A DNA stretch of 64,000 nucleotides from an uncultured Candidatus Saccharibacteria bacterium. Its GTDB lineage: Bacteria > Patescibacteriota > Saccharimonadia > Saccharimonadales > UBA7683. A program made the translations under genes and the position numbers. Within the stretch, counting starts at the first letter, position 1. Every line of letters starts with the position of its first letter. The DNA is taken from NCBI GenBank assembly GCA_964632215.1, contig CAZWBG010000001.1, forward strand, positions 110,589-174,588, read 5' to 3'. A model generated the notes under the pieces. It had not been told where the DNA came from. It did not search any database and saw only the letters and a list, made by a program, of their open reading frames with translations. Positions 17,533 through 27,054 of the stretch are shown in pieces.

Positions 17533-18219
17533 ATGACACATCCCCTTTTTGAGTTATCACCACAACCGAAAAAACGAATTGTGTTTCCTGGTGACTCGAT
17601 TGCTGAAGATCGGATCAGGGCTGTGCTTGATGTGGCTACAGACATAGAAATCGAAAAAGGCTTTAACTGGTATCAGAATGCTCACAACATTTGTGTGCAG
17701 TGGTTGGGGAATTATTCTGTGCTACTGTCACTTGATCACGCAGCTGGTATTTTAGCAGCACTTTCACCCATGCAGTCCTGGCAAGGAAATATTCGTTCAG
17801 CAGAAACGCTGCTTGCAACGGGAAACTGTAAGGGTCTTGGCTATGCTGTAACGGATGCAAGGCAGATGTATGAGGGAGCACACCCATATCAGGTTCTATA
17901 CGAAGGAGGCAGAAACAACACTAAGGTGAGGTCTTTTTATGAAAACATTCGTAATCCCGATGAGGTAGGTACGGTGACAATTGATCGTCACATGATAGGA
18001 CTGCTGGCCGACGATCCACATATCCTTGATAGCCAAAGATGGATTTCACGCCAACACCACAGGTGGGCGAAAGAACGTTTTGAGACCGTAGCCGACGAGA
18101 TAAATGTATTACCTCACCAAGCTCAGGCTATAGCGTGGATCACGTGGCGTAGGATTCAGGGTATTACTGAGGCACCCGATACGGGTAATCAGCTACAGTT
18201 ATTTGAAGAGATTGTCTAG
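17533..18219 (+). CDS. hypothetical protein, translationally coupled to the ParB-like gene
   Basis: The ATG lies 1 nt after the upstream TAG (TAGAATG). 228 aa with normal composition. I could not assign a family. It contains WYQNAH, AALSPMQSW and VTIDRHM segments. Confidence 0.55.
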   Translation: MTHPLFELSPQPKKRIVFPGDSIAEDRIRAVLDVATDIEIEKGFNWYQNAHNICVQWLGNYSVLLSLDHAAGILAALSPMQSWQGNIRSAETLLATGNCKGLGYAVTDARQMYEGAHPYQVLYEGGRNNTKVRSFYENIRNPDEVGTVTIDRHMIGLLADDPHILDSQRWISRQHHRWAKERFETVADEINVLPHQAQAIAWITWRRIQGITEAPDTGNQLQLFEEIV

Positions 18220-18250
18220 CTAAGAATAATACCTCGGTGTATGTAATTAT

Positions 18251-20530
18251 CTATGGCCGTGGCGTATTTGGGAGTGATGGATTCTGGGGATCGGTGTTGC
18301 CACCCTCATCTGGATTAGTGCTTGTATCGTCGGGCTCTTCTTCGGGTTCGTCACCATCGTCTCCTCCGCCAGAGTTTTGATTATCTGTTGGCTTTGTTTC
18401 TGGTGTCGTCGGGCTCGGAACAACGGGCGTTTCTTGCTTAGGCTCTTCTTTTTTGACCTCATTACACTTAGTGGTCGGTAGTGTGCCAGGTCGGAAATAT
18501 TCCGTCATAGTGTTAGTTCCATCTGCGCTCGCTAGTGCTCCATCGCCTCGACATATTGTTCGGATGGTCAGGCCTGGAGCCTGTGCAAACTGCTCTACTG
18601 CGGTTCCGTCCGTAATTTGCTGCATAATATTCTTCCAGATTGGAGCCGCTCCACTTGAGCCTGCTACGGAATTCATCGGAGAGTTGTCGTTATTGCCAAT
18701 CCATACTCCAGCGGCCACACTCGGCGTGTAACCAATTGTCCAGGCATCACGGTAACTTTCGGTGGTACCAGTCTTTACTGCTGCTGGGCGGCCGCCACTA
18801 AGTGTCAGGCTGCTACCAAACGTGGCGGCACGAGCAGTGTTGTCAGAAAGTATCGATGACATAATATATGAGGTTTGATCACTCAGCACCTTTTCGTTCT
18901 TGGGCTTATAGGCGTAGAGTTCTTTGTTGTCTTTGTTCCTGATACTTTGTATAGTCGTAATAGTATTGGTTTTTCCGCCATTAGCAAAGGTCGCGTAGGC
19001 GTTTGTCATCTCACTTAGTTTAGCCTGGGCAGTACCAAGTGCTAAGGGTAGTCCGTAGTTTTCAGTATCACTCAGCGTGGTAAGCCCAAGTTTTTTAGCG
19101 GTTTGTATAACCGGATTGATGCCTGTTTCTTGCAGGGCTTCTACGGCTGGAACGTTGAGTGATTGAGCTAGTGAATTGCGGACAGTTACATTACCACGGT
19201 AGCGTAGATCGTAGTTCTTGGGTGAATATCCACCACCAAAGTCAGTAGCTTTATCGTGCATTAGTGTAGCGGCCGAGAAGGTTTGGTTTTCAATACCAGT
19301 AGCGTAAACGATTGGCTTAAATGAAGATCCAGGCTGGCGTTCGGCAGTGACGATATTTAGTTTGCCTGATGTTTCATCTTTCCAATCTTTGCTGCCTACT
19401 AAAGCTCGAATTTCTCCATTTTTTGGATCCATAATAACTGCACTACCGTTACTTACTTTACTGCTAGCTAATTTACTCACCTGAGCTTTTACGGCTTCTT
19501 CAGACTTCTTTTGCCAATCAAGATTTAACGTTGTGCGTACTACGTAGCCAGAACGAGCAATTTCTTCTTCACCATATTTTTGTTCAAGCTCATCTTTTAC
19601 CATAAGAGCAAAATGTGGTGCCAGGTAATTCTGAGACCCAGGGTCTGGATTGTACGAAAGCGGTTCTGCTAGCGCATTTGCTTCCTCGGTTTCGGTGATG
19701 TAGCCATCTTCTTGCATGCGGCCGAGCACGTAAGTCTGGCGATCTTTGGCGTATTCGGGGTTACCTGATATTGGTGAATAAGCAGATGGTGCTGGAAGCA
19801 ACCCTATGAGCATAGCGGCTTGAGCTTCGTCTAAATCTTTGGCAGATTTACCGAAATAGGTTTGGGCAGCATCTTCAATACCAAAAGATCCTTCACCAAA
19901 ATAGACAGAATTAAGGTACATTTCTAATACTTCATCTTTTGAGTATCGTCGTTCTATTTCTATAGAAAGTATAAGTTCTTGGTATTTACGCAGTAGACTA
20001 CGTTTTTCTGAGAGCAAGGCACTCTTTACCAACTGCTGCGTAAGTGTGGAACCACCATTCCTGAGACCACCCGGTCGAATATTTTGCCAGATAGCATTTG
20101 TGATACCGACTGGTGAAAAACCAGGGTGTTTATAAAAGTTCTTATCCTCTGAGGCCAACGTCGCCTCTTTGACATTGGGTGATATTTGGTCGAGTGGTAT
20201 GTAGGTATCGGAGTGGGCATTATAAAATTCGTAAAACGGCGTGCCGTTCATATCGGTTAAGGTTACACCGGTATCATTTCGGTTCATGATCTGCTCTTTA
20301 CTACCAAGCGTGTTGGCGAAAAATACAATTGTAAAGAGAGCTATACAAGCTAGCACTGTAGCGCCTGCCCCGCCTACTACTAGCACCTTTTTCTTCCGAG
20401 ATAGTCGAGAGAATTTTTGCACGAATTTATTCTGAGCTACAAAGCGTGGTAATCGGCTCTTGTGAGTCGGTTTGCGGGGCCTCTTCTGACGATCTGAGGC
20501 GTAGTTATTGAGTGGTTGGTATCTCTTCAT
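18251..20530 (-). CDS. class A penicillin-binding protein (transglycosylase + transpeptidase)
   Basis: Single N-terminal TM. GT51 motifs EDKNFYKHPG and GGSTLTQQ. Transpeptidase motifs SSFKP and KTGT. Pro/Thr/Glu/Asp-rich low-complexity C-terminal tail. Confidence 0.9.
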   Translation of the reverse strand: MKRYQPLNNYASDRQKRPRKPTHKSRLPRFVAQNKFVQKFSRLSRKKKVLVVGGAGATVLACIALFTIVFFANTLGSKEQIMNRNDTGVTLTDMNGTPFYEFYNAHSDTYIPLDQISPNVKEATLASEDKNFYKHPGFSPVGITNAIWQNIRPGGLRNGGSTLTQQLVKSALLSEKRSLLRKYQELILSIEIERRYSKDEVLEMYLNSVYFGEGSFGIEDAAQTYFGKSAKDLDEAQAAMLIGLLPAPSAYSPISGNPEYAKDRQTYVLGRMQEDGYITETEEANALAEPLSYNPDPGSQNYLAPHFALMVKDELEQKYGEEEIARSGYVVRTTLNLDWQKKSEEAVKAQVSKLASSKVSNGSAVIMDPKNGEIRALVGSKDWKDETSGKLNIVTAERQPGSSFKPIVYATGIENQTFSAATLMHDKATDFGGGYSPKNYDLRYRGNVTVRNSLAQSLNVPAVEALQETGINPVIQTAKKLGLTTLSDTENYGLPLALGTAQAKLSEMTNAYATFANGGKTNTITTIQSIRNKDNKELYAYKPKNEKVLSDQTSYIMSSILSDNTARAATFGSSLTLSGGRPAAVKTGTTESYRDAWTIGYTPSVAAGVWIGNNDNSPMNSVAGSSGAAPIWKNIMQQITDGTAVEQFAQAPGLTIRTICRGDGALASADGTNTMTEYFRPGTLPTTKCNEVKKEEPKQETPVVPSPTTPETKPTDNQNSGGGDDGDEPEEEPDDTSTNPDEGGNTDPQNPSLPNTPRP

Positions 20531-20659
20531 AAAAGAGGTGAAATATCCTAAAGTTAGTTATTTTGAGATAGTAGTAAATAGGCTGCAAAAATACGGTAAA
20601 ATGAGAATCTCTAAACCCTATTAAACCATAAGTATGGCCATAATTTCAAACTTTTCTGC

Positions 20660-21274
20660 TTATGTTGAGCGAATAAAGTCGATAACTTTATCGTATTGCT
20701 CAGTACTAATTTCATCTTGTTGCTTTAGAGCATCTAGTAATTCAGTAATAGTTAGAGCTGCTTCAATTTGATAACCCGCATCTTCTACGGTCTTAATTCC
20801 ACCCTGCTCTCTATCTACGAGTACAATAAGTTTCTTTACTTTAAGTCCAGCTTTCTCGACTTGTTCGATGGCTTCAATCTTAGAATCTCCCTTAGTGATA
20901 AGATCATCTAGCAAGATAACTTGATCTCCCTCTTCGTAATCTCCTTCGATTGAGCTCTTGGTGCCATGTTCTTTCATTACTTTTCGTGGCTGTATAAGTA
21001 CTCGTTTTAACTTGTATCCTACGGCCGCAGCAAGTGGTGTGGCGGCTTCAGGAACACCAGCTAGTAGTACCAAGTTATCTTCATCGGCAATCATTTCAGC
21101 GTAAGCATCAGTAATGGCATGAAAAGCTTCTGGATGAGATTGAGCTTTGCGCAAGTCTATGTAAAAAGGAGAAACGAGGCCGCTCTTAAGAGTAAATTCT
21201 CCAAACTTTAATAAACCACTTTCAAAAAAGACTTTCGCGATTGACTGTACTGTTTGGCCTGGTACATGTGACAT
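20660..21274 (-). CDS. pyrE: orotate phosphoribosyltransferase
   Basis: 204 aa. PRPP-binding motif VILLDDLITKGDS. Last gene of the pyr operon. Confidence 0.9.
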   Translation of the reverse strand: MSHVPGQTVQSIAKVFFESGLLKFGEFTLKSGLVSPFYIDLRKAQSHPEAFHAITDAYAEMIADEDNLVLLAGVPEAATPLAAAVGYKLKRVLIQPRKVMKEHGTKSSIEGDYEEGDQVILLDDLITKGDSKIEAIEQVEKAGLKVKKLIVLVDREQGGIKTVEDAGYQIEAALTITELLDALKQQDEISTEQYDKVIDFIRST

Positions 21275-21276
21275 GG

Positions 21277-22032
21277 TTATACTCCTTTTAGTTCTTCAAT
21301 TATTCTTTCTACTGCCTGACGAGAAGTACCTACTTCTGGTGGTGGTTGCGTAATCGGTCGACCTATTACAAGATAATCAGATCCATTCTGTACTGCTTGG
21401 GCTGGTGTAGTAATTCTCGTCTGATCTCCCTCTGTTGCCCAGCTAGGCCGAATACCAGGTGTAACAAGAATCATATCTTTGGTGGCGGGGTTTGCACGAA
21501 TGAGTGAGGCTTCTTGTGCCGAGCAAACAACTCCATCGAGCCCGGCTCCTGCCGCCTGCACAGCAAACTGTTCAACTTTCTGGGCTGAACTTCCTCCATA
21601 GATTGAGGCGGCCTCTTCGTTACTAATTGATGTTAGTACGGTAACGCCTAAGATAATAGGTGGTGGTAAATCGAACTCATTATAAGAACCTTGCATCCCG
21701 GAAACTGCACCCTGTAATGCTGCGAAATTATTGTCGGCCATAATATTAAAAAAGTCAGGTTGTAAACGTGTAATTGCTCGTGCAGATTTCTCTACTGTTA
21801 TAGGTATATCTTTAAACTTTGTGTCACAAAAGATCTTAGCATCATGTGAGTGTATAAAAGATATAGCCTTCTTCCACCCTTCATAAGTACCAAGCTGGTT
21901 ACCTATTTTAAAAGTAATGCCTAGGCCCTGCAGTTCTTCAACTAATGTTTCGGCCTGACTTAATTCATCTACATCTAAGGCAACCATAATACGAGAAGCT
22001 GGATCAGTAAATGTAGGTCGTTTACTGATCAT
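21277..22032 (-). CDS. pyrF: orotidine 5'-phosphate decarboxylase
   Basis: 251 aa. VALDV..., the Lys-containing segment FCDTKFKDIP, and LVIGRPI at the C-terminus. Confidence 0.9.
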   Translation of the reverse strand: MISKRPTFTDPASRIMVALDVDELSQAETLVEELQGLGITFKIGNQLGTYEGWKKAISFIHSHDAKIFCDTKFKDIPITVEKSARAITRLQPDFFNIMADNNFAALQGAVSGMQGSYNEFDLPPPIILGVTVLTSISNEEAASIYGGSSAQKVEQFAVQAAGAGLDGVVCSAQEASLIRANPATKDMILVTPGIRPSWATEGDQTRITTPAQAVQNGSDYLVIGRPITQPPPEVGTSRQAVERIIEELKGV

Positions 22033-22886
22033 AGTAACCTATCTATAGCACTATGGCCGTCACGCACTATTAAAGTAGCTACCTGAACCATGGCGGCGCC
22101 AGCTTCCATAAAGAGCTGTACATCCTCCTTAGTTTCTATACCACCAACACCAATTACTACAATGGTTTCTGGAAGGAGCTTTCTAAATTGTCTTACTTGG
22201 CCCAGGGCTATTGGTTTTAAAGCTTGGCCACTAACACCTGCGAGTTCGCTAGCAATAACAGGTTCACCGCTTTCATCGAACATTAAGCCATTAGGAAAAG
22301 TATTACACGTTACAACTGCAGCAACCTTTTTAGTCTGTTTGATTGTCTCGGCAACTCTTCCAAGATCAGCAGGATTACTGTAAGGAGAAAGTTTTACGAA
22401 GAGCGGAATACTAGTAACTGCAGATACCGCTTCAACTATTTCCTTAAGACTTTGTGAATCAAAGCTTACTATAGGTTTCTGCGCCCCATCTATGCGCACG
22501 TTTGGACATCCCAGGTTTAATTCTAAGAAGTCGACCTGAGCTTTATCTGCTACTTCTGCAAGTTGAACATACTCATCAGTCGAGAAACCAGCAATGCTTA
22601 AGGCGACTTTCTTTCCAGAGCTATGGATGGTAGAAATCATTTCTGGCAGATTCTCTGCGTAATACGCCGCACCATTGTTGGGCATTCCAAAGGAATTTAA
22701 TGCATAGTTATCACCTACAAACCATCGAGGTTCGGGATTCCCTTCTCGTGATTCGAGAGTTATAGAGCCAATAAGTACTATTCCAGCTCGAGTCTGCGAT
22801 AAAGCTAAAATATCATCAGGTGACTTTGCCACACTACAGGCAGCATTCATGACAGGACTGCTAAGTGTGATGTCGGCTATTTTCAT
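22029..22886 (-). CDS. pyrD: dihydroorotate dehydrogenase, class 1
   Basis: 285 aa. NAACS..., LELNLGCPN and GVGGI motifs. 4-nt overlaps with both neighbouring genes. Confidence 0.85.
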   Translation of the reverse strand: MKIADITLSSPVMNAACSVAKSPDDILALSQTRAGIVLIGSITLESREGNPEPRWFVGDNYALNSFGMPNNGAAYYAENLPEMISTIHSSGKKVALSIAGFSTDEYVQLAEVADKAQVDFLELNLGCPNVRIDGAQKPIVSFDSQSLKEIVEAVSAVTSIPLFVKLSPYSNPADLGRVAETIKQTKKVAAVVTCNTFPNGLMFDESGEPVIASELAGVSGQALKPIALGQVRQFRKLLPETIVVIGVGGIETKEDVQLFMEAGAAMVQVATLIVRDGHSAIDRLL

Positions 22887-23944
22887 TTACTCCCCAATAC
22901 ATTAGCTGAACCTGGTCTAGCTATTACATTACCGTCTTCATAGACGATAGTGCCTCTTAGCGTTGTTCGCCTTACCTTTCCGATGACTGTCATGTCGACA
23001 AATGGCGTCCAGCCACATTTTGTAAGAAGACCCTCGTTCTTTAGTTCATATTCCACCATCTCAACATCGACGTAGGTTGAATCGTCGGTGGGGATATTAA
23101 ATATGCGTGCAGGTTCACTGTGGCACTTAGCAATAATCTGCTCACGGGTTATCTTCCCCTGTTTCTCGGCCGTAAGAAGCAGCGGCAATGTAGTCTCTAG
23201 ACCTGGTACACCAAAAGCACCGACAGCTTTCTCTTCGTGTGTATGAGGTGCATGATCTGACTCAATAATGTCTATATCATCAAGATGTTCCCATAAGTAG
23301 TCTTGATCAGCCTGATTCTTAAGTGAGGGTAGCATCTTCCCGTAAGCTCCTAGCTCGTTGACATCCTTAGTCTGTAAGAAAAGGTGATGTGGGCAAACTC
23401 CGCATGTAACTGGGTACCCAGCTCGCTTGGCTTTAATTATTTTCTCCAGAATCTCTTTGCTTGGCATGTGACATACATGAACTGGTCGCTTCGCATCTTT
23501 CATAGATTCAATAGCTATATCGATAACATCCTCTTCGACATGTAACAGTATGACTTTTTCGCTTGGCCAAGCAGTATAGATCTTCTTTAGGTGAGCAGCA
23601 TCAAGCAAGTAGCCACCTGTAGTATTATTCAAGTATAACTTTAGACCCACGGCGTATTGAGCAGCTTCAGCAAAAGTATCTAGATTGTCACCCATAGATC
23701 CATAGTGAAAGCCAATATCAGACACAGCCTTCTGTGCTGCGATAGCCATCTTGTTTTGCAATCGTTCAATTGAGGTGATGGGTTCTGCGTTGTTGGGCAT
23801 ATCAACAACTGTGGTGTATCCACCTGCGAGAGCCGCCGAGGTGCCACTGAAAAGATCTTCCTTATGAGTTTGTCCTGGATCTCGAAGATGTACATGCACA
23901 TCAATGAGTCCAGGTAAGCGAATTATGTCTTTTACGCCTGTCAT
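22883..23944 (-). CDS. pyrC: dihydroorotase
   Basis: Metal-binding DVHVHLRDPG, and ESDHAPH later in the protein. The ORF is open to 24001, but ATG 23944 (MTGVKDIIRLPG...) gives the canonical N-terminus. Confidence 0.85.
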   Translation of the reverse strand: MTGVKDIIRLPGLIDVHVHLRDPGQTHKEDLFSGTSAALAGGYTTVVDMPNNAEPITSIERLQNKMAIAAQKAVSDIGFHYGSMGDNLDTFAEAAQYAVGLKLYLNNTTGGYLLDAAHLKKIYTAWPSEKVILLHVEEDVIDIAIESMKDAKRPVHVCHMPSKEILEKIIKAKRAGYPVTCGVCPHHLFLQTKDVNELGAYGKMLPSLKNQADQDYLWEHLDDIDIIESDHAPHTHEEKAVGAFGVPGLETTLPLLLTAEKQGKITREQIIAKCHSEPARIFNIPTDDSTYVDVEMVEYELKNEGLLTKCGWTPFVDMTVIGKVRRTTLRGTIVYEDGNVIARPGSANVLGSK

Positions 23945-24063
23945 TGAATATGAGTGTATCACATTTAAGATTTCATAAACATAAGGATTACAGCTATACA
24001 ATAGATTGTCATAATTTTTAACTTTGTGGTATTGTAAAATTACTAATAAAAGGAGGAGTCACA

Positions 24064-24366
24064 ATGAAGACTTTAACTGTTACAAAGGTAAATATTGGGT
24101 CAGTAGCAAAGGTAGTTGGTACGTTTGAGGCTGTTCTTGGTTTCATCGTAGGATTAGTGTTTACTATTTCAGTATCAGCAGATGCAATCACGTCTGATAC
24201 AACATTCGTAAGAGCACTTGGCGTTAGTGTCTTTACGCTTGGTATGTCAGTTATTCTCTTTCCGCTCATCTCGTTTGTGGTTGGATGGATTCACGGCCTA
24301 ATCTTTGGTGTTATCTTGAACTTCGTATTCAAGGAAACGAAAGGCCTAGAGCTTGAAACTGAGTAA
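24064..24366 (+). CDS. hypothetical small membrane protein
   Basis: Strong SD (AAAGGAGGAG) before the ATG. 100 aa with three hydrophobic helices. Confidence 0.55.
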   Translation: MKTLTVTKVNIGSVAKVVGTFEAVLGFIVGLVFTISVSADAITSDTTFVRALGVSVFTLGMSVILFPLISFVVGWIHGLIFGVILNFVFKETKGLELETE

Positions 24367-24385
24367 ATAAAACCACTCAAACTAT

Positions 24386-24411
24386 AAAAATAGCCCGTAC
24401 GGGCTATTTTT
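24386..24411. terminator. bidirectional intrinsic terminator
   Basis: AAAAATAGCCCGTACGGGCTATTTTT is a GC-cored hairpin flanked by an A-tract and a T-tract. It lies between convergent genes. Confidence 0.65.
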
Positions 24412-24420
24412 ATATAGAAT

Positions 24421-24687
24421 TTAACGAGGACGGTGTTCAATAGTACTTTTTACGGTATCAACAAATGGCCCAATAATAGGTACCTCATTAAAGAAACTAA
24501 GCATCCAAATGAGCAAAGCTAATATTAGAGTAGCGCCGAGTATGCCACCAATACCAGATGCCAAGCCCTTCAAGAAACTGAAGCCAATAGTAGCTTTCCT
24601 ATCTATGTAGCCCTGGTCGTAAAATGCCTGGATTTTTTTACCTAATTCTAGCTGCTGTTCCTCTTTGGTTTGTTCTTTTTCACTCAT
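24421..24687 (-). CDS. DUF5665-like small membrane protein
   Basis: 88 aa. FYDQGYIDRKATIGFSFLKGLASGIGGILGATLILALLIWML matches my recollection of DUF5665. Confidence 0.55.
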   Translation of the reverse strand: MSEKEQTKEEQQLELGKKIQAFYDQGYIDRKATIGFSFLKGLASGIGGILGATLILALLIWMLSFFNEVPIIGPFVDTVKSTIEHRPR

Positions 24688-24730
24688 AATACCAGCCTAA
24701 TCTAATCAGCTGAGAATCACAAGACAAGCA

Positions 24731-25849
24731 TTAGCGCGGAACAATTTTGAAGAACACCTTATACTTAATCATCAGGAATATTAAACCGAGTACAGTAGTG
24801 TTAATTAAAATGTTGAGCCATATCGGCAAAACGTTTCCGGGTGAGATAAGATCTAATCCAAAAACCATAACTGCATGTACAATATACACATAGAGCGAGT
24901 TCTGACCCAGTGGTATGAAGAATTTACCAATGGGACTCTTTTGTATAACTCCTTCGTAGCGACGTACCACATAGTACAGAGCACTAAACCATAGAGCAAA
25001 TAGAAGTATGCGAGGAGCTGTGAGCCGATACTTGTCAAAAATCGGTGCTAGTATGTTTGTGTTAAAATCGACCAACTCTATGAAGTTGACTGGTCCGATA
25101 GTCCGGATACTAACTTTTACAAGGTGTGCAGCGACAGTATTAAATAGCAGGCTGGTTGCGAGAGTTATACCAGCTAGGCTGAGTACTATACCTGCGGTAA
25201 GAGTACGAACCCTGTTGGGTAGCTGTTTGAAATAACTCTCAATTTGCGGCAAATAGAATCCGGCAACCACCCCACCGAAAAAGAGAATTTGCCAGGTAGT
25301 TTGAATACGTCTGTCACTTATTGCCCAGACAGTACCCGAAAGTGCGAGCACTAGCCACCAAAGCTTTTTGCGTAGCAGCCAGATTGCTAGGGGCGCAACG
25401 AGTAGATACTCAGCATAGTAAACTAGGAAGTCTGCCCAGCCATAGGTATATTGCAGCGTCAGTGTTTTATGGAGTATTTCGGTAAGTGGTTCATGAAGGA
25501 AATAGCCTGGTTTTAACCCACTATAAGGGTCTAATATGTAAGCAATAACTGTGAAGAAGAACGTAAGGCCGATACTCCAAAGGTATAGTTGAAAAGCCCT
25601 TTGCCACAGGTGTTTCCAGGATTCAGCGAATGGTTTAGCTATCGTCTTACGGCCACGTATAAGCCCGACCATCATTCCAGAGACAAAGAAGAAGCCCTCG
25701 GCAGCTGAAACCCACTGCACTCCCCTACCTGTAAACAGTTCATAAAAACCAAAAAAACGACCAAGATGGTCAATAATTATGACAAATAGAAAATAGCCAC
25801 GAATAATATCTATGGCATAAATTCTCTCTAAGGTGTTTCGTAGCTTCAT
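24731..25849 (-). CDS. OpgC/acyltransferase-3-like polytopic membrane protein
   Basis: 372 aa with about 10 TM helices. The N-terminus RIYAIDIIRGYFLFVIIIDHL is typical of OpgC-type proteins. Confidence 0.6.
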   Translation of the reverse strand: MKLRNTLERIYAIDIIRGYFLFVIIIDHLGRFFGFYELFTGRGVQWVSAAEGFFFVSGMMVGLIRGRKTIAKPFAESWKHLWQRAFQLYLWSIGLTFFFTVIAYILDPYSGLKPGYFLHEPLTEILHKTLTLQYTYGWADFLVYYAEYLLVAPLAIWLLRKKLWWLVLALSGTVWAISDRRIQTTWQILFFGGVVAGFYLPQIESYFKQLPNRVRTLTAGIVLSLAGITLATSLLFNTVAAHLVKVSIRTIGPVNFIELVDFNTNILAPIFDKYRLTAPRILLFALWFSALYYVVRRYEGVIQKSPIGKFFIPLGQNSLYVYIVHAVMVFGLDLISPGNVLPIWLNILINTTVLGLIFLMIKYKVFFKIVPR

Positions 25850-25871
25850 GTGTGTTCTATCTTAACAAATA

Positions 25872-27011
25872 ATGTATACTACCACTATGAAGGTCACGTT
25901 TAATATAGAGACCAAAAACGTTATCAAGATTCTGGCACTAGCCGTAGGACTCACTGTTGGTGTTTTTGCACTCTTAAAGATGCGCGATGCCATTACACTC
26001 ATATTAATTTCAGGACTACTTGCTTTGGCACTGAATCCAGCTGTAACCTTTTTGGCAAAGTACATACCCGGTAAACGTCGAGGGCCTGCAGTGGCAATTG
26101 TATTTGTAGCCGTAGTGGTCTTCTTTGGCTTTTTGGTGGCTTCGATTGTACCGCCAATTGTCAAAGAAAGTAGTAGTTTTGCTGAAAATCTCCCAAGTAC
26201 TGTGGACGATCTACGTTACCGTAACGAGCATGTCACCAGTTTTGTAGACAGGTATCATCTCCAGGGGCGTGTAGACACTTTAATTGAATCTACCGAGCAA
26301 AAGTTAAATCAAGTAGGTGACTCAATCGTTAGTAGTATAGGCGGAATCACTAGTAGTGTCCTTAATACCCTTTCGGTTATTGTGGTTACTGTCTTGTTAC
26401 TTACGGGTGGGCCAAAGCTGATAAAGCAGCTTGCAGACCGGCTTTACCTCAACGAACATACTAAAAAGCGGCACGAAGAACTGGCAGAAAAGATGTATCG
26501 GGTAGTCACCGGTTATGTAAACGGTCAGGTGCTACTCGCTTCGGTGGCTGCGCTCTTTGCGCTGAGTGCACTGGTGCTGCTGCGCGTGCCCTTTCCACTT
26601 CCTTTGGCAGCGATCGTCTTTGTTCTTGGGCTCATCCCGCTTGTTGGTAACACGATGGCTGCAATTTTAGTGGTACTTGCGGCACTCATCATGAGAAATT
26701 TTACTGTCGCAACAATTTTACTAGCCTACTTTATAATCTATCAACAAATAGAAAATGCGACTCTTCAGCCTGTGGTGCAGGGTAAAACAACCCAGCTCCC
26801 ACCACTCGTTATATTTGTAGCAGTAATACTTGGTGTTGGCCTACTTGGCCCCATAGGCGGCTTATTCGCTATTCCTGCTGCTGGTTGTGCTCGGATACTA
26901 TTTATTGATTATCTACACCACCGAGACGCTCTACATGTTGGCGATTCGCCCAAAACCTTCGTCGAAAAGCTCAAGCACCGAGTTACGAAATCAACAGGCA
27001 AAGCTCTTTAG
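25872..27011 (+). CDS. AI-2E family transporter (PerM-like permease)
   Basis: 379 aa, polytopic. Family-typical segments include GLIPLVGNTMAAILVV and LQPVVQGK. Confidence 0.8.
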   Translation: MYTTTMKVTFNIETKNVIKILALAVGLTVGVFALLKMRDAITLILISGLLALALNPAVTFLAKYIPGKRRGPAVAIVFVAVVVFFGFLVASIVPPIVKESSSFAENLPSTVDDLRYRNEHVTSFVDRYHLQGRVDTLIESTEQKLNQVGDSIVSSIGGITSSVLNTLSVIVVTVLLLTGGPKLIKQLADRLYLNEHTKKRHEELAEKMYRVVTGYVNGQVLLASVAALFALSALVLLRVPFPLPLAAIVFVLGLIPLVGNTMAAILVVLAALIMRNFTVATILLAYFIIYQQIENATLQPVVQGKTTQLPPLVIFVAVILGVGLLGPIGGLFAIPAAGCARILFIDYLHHRDALHVGDSPKTFVEKLKHRVTKSTGKAL

Positions 27012-27054
27012 ACTACGCTACCCCTAGCGTAGGTACATTACAGGTAGCGTCATT

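Noticed and set aside
27013-27032. Hairpin CTACGCTA-CCCC-TAGCGTAG between the convergent AI-2E and cysS genes. The similar CCCCTAG-containing hairpins at 38390-38430 and 46184-46200 raised the idea of a REP-like repeat family.
   Set aside because: Only a 7-nt core is shared. The 27013 hairpin lacks a U-tract, so its terminator status is unclear. There is too little evidence for a repeat family.
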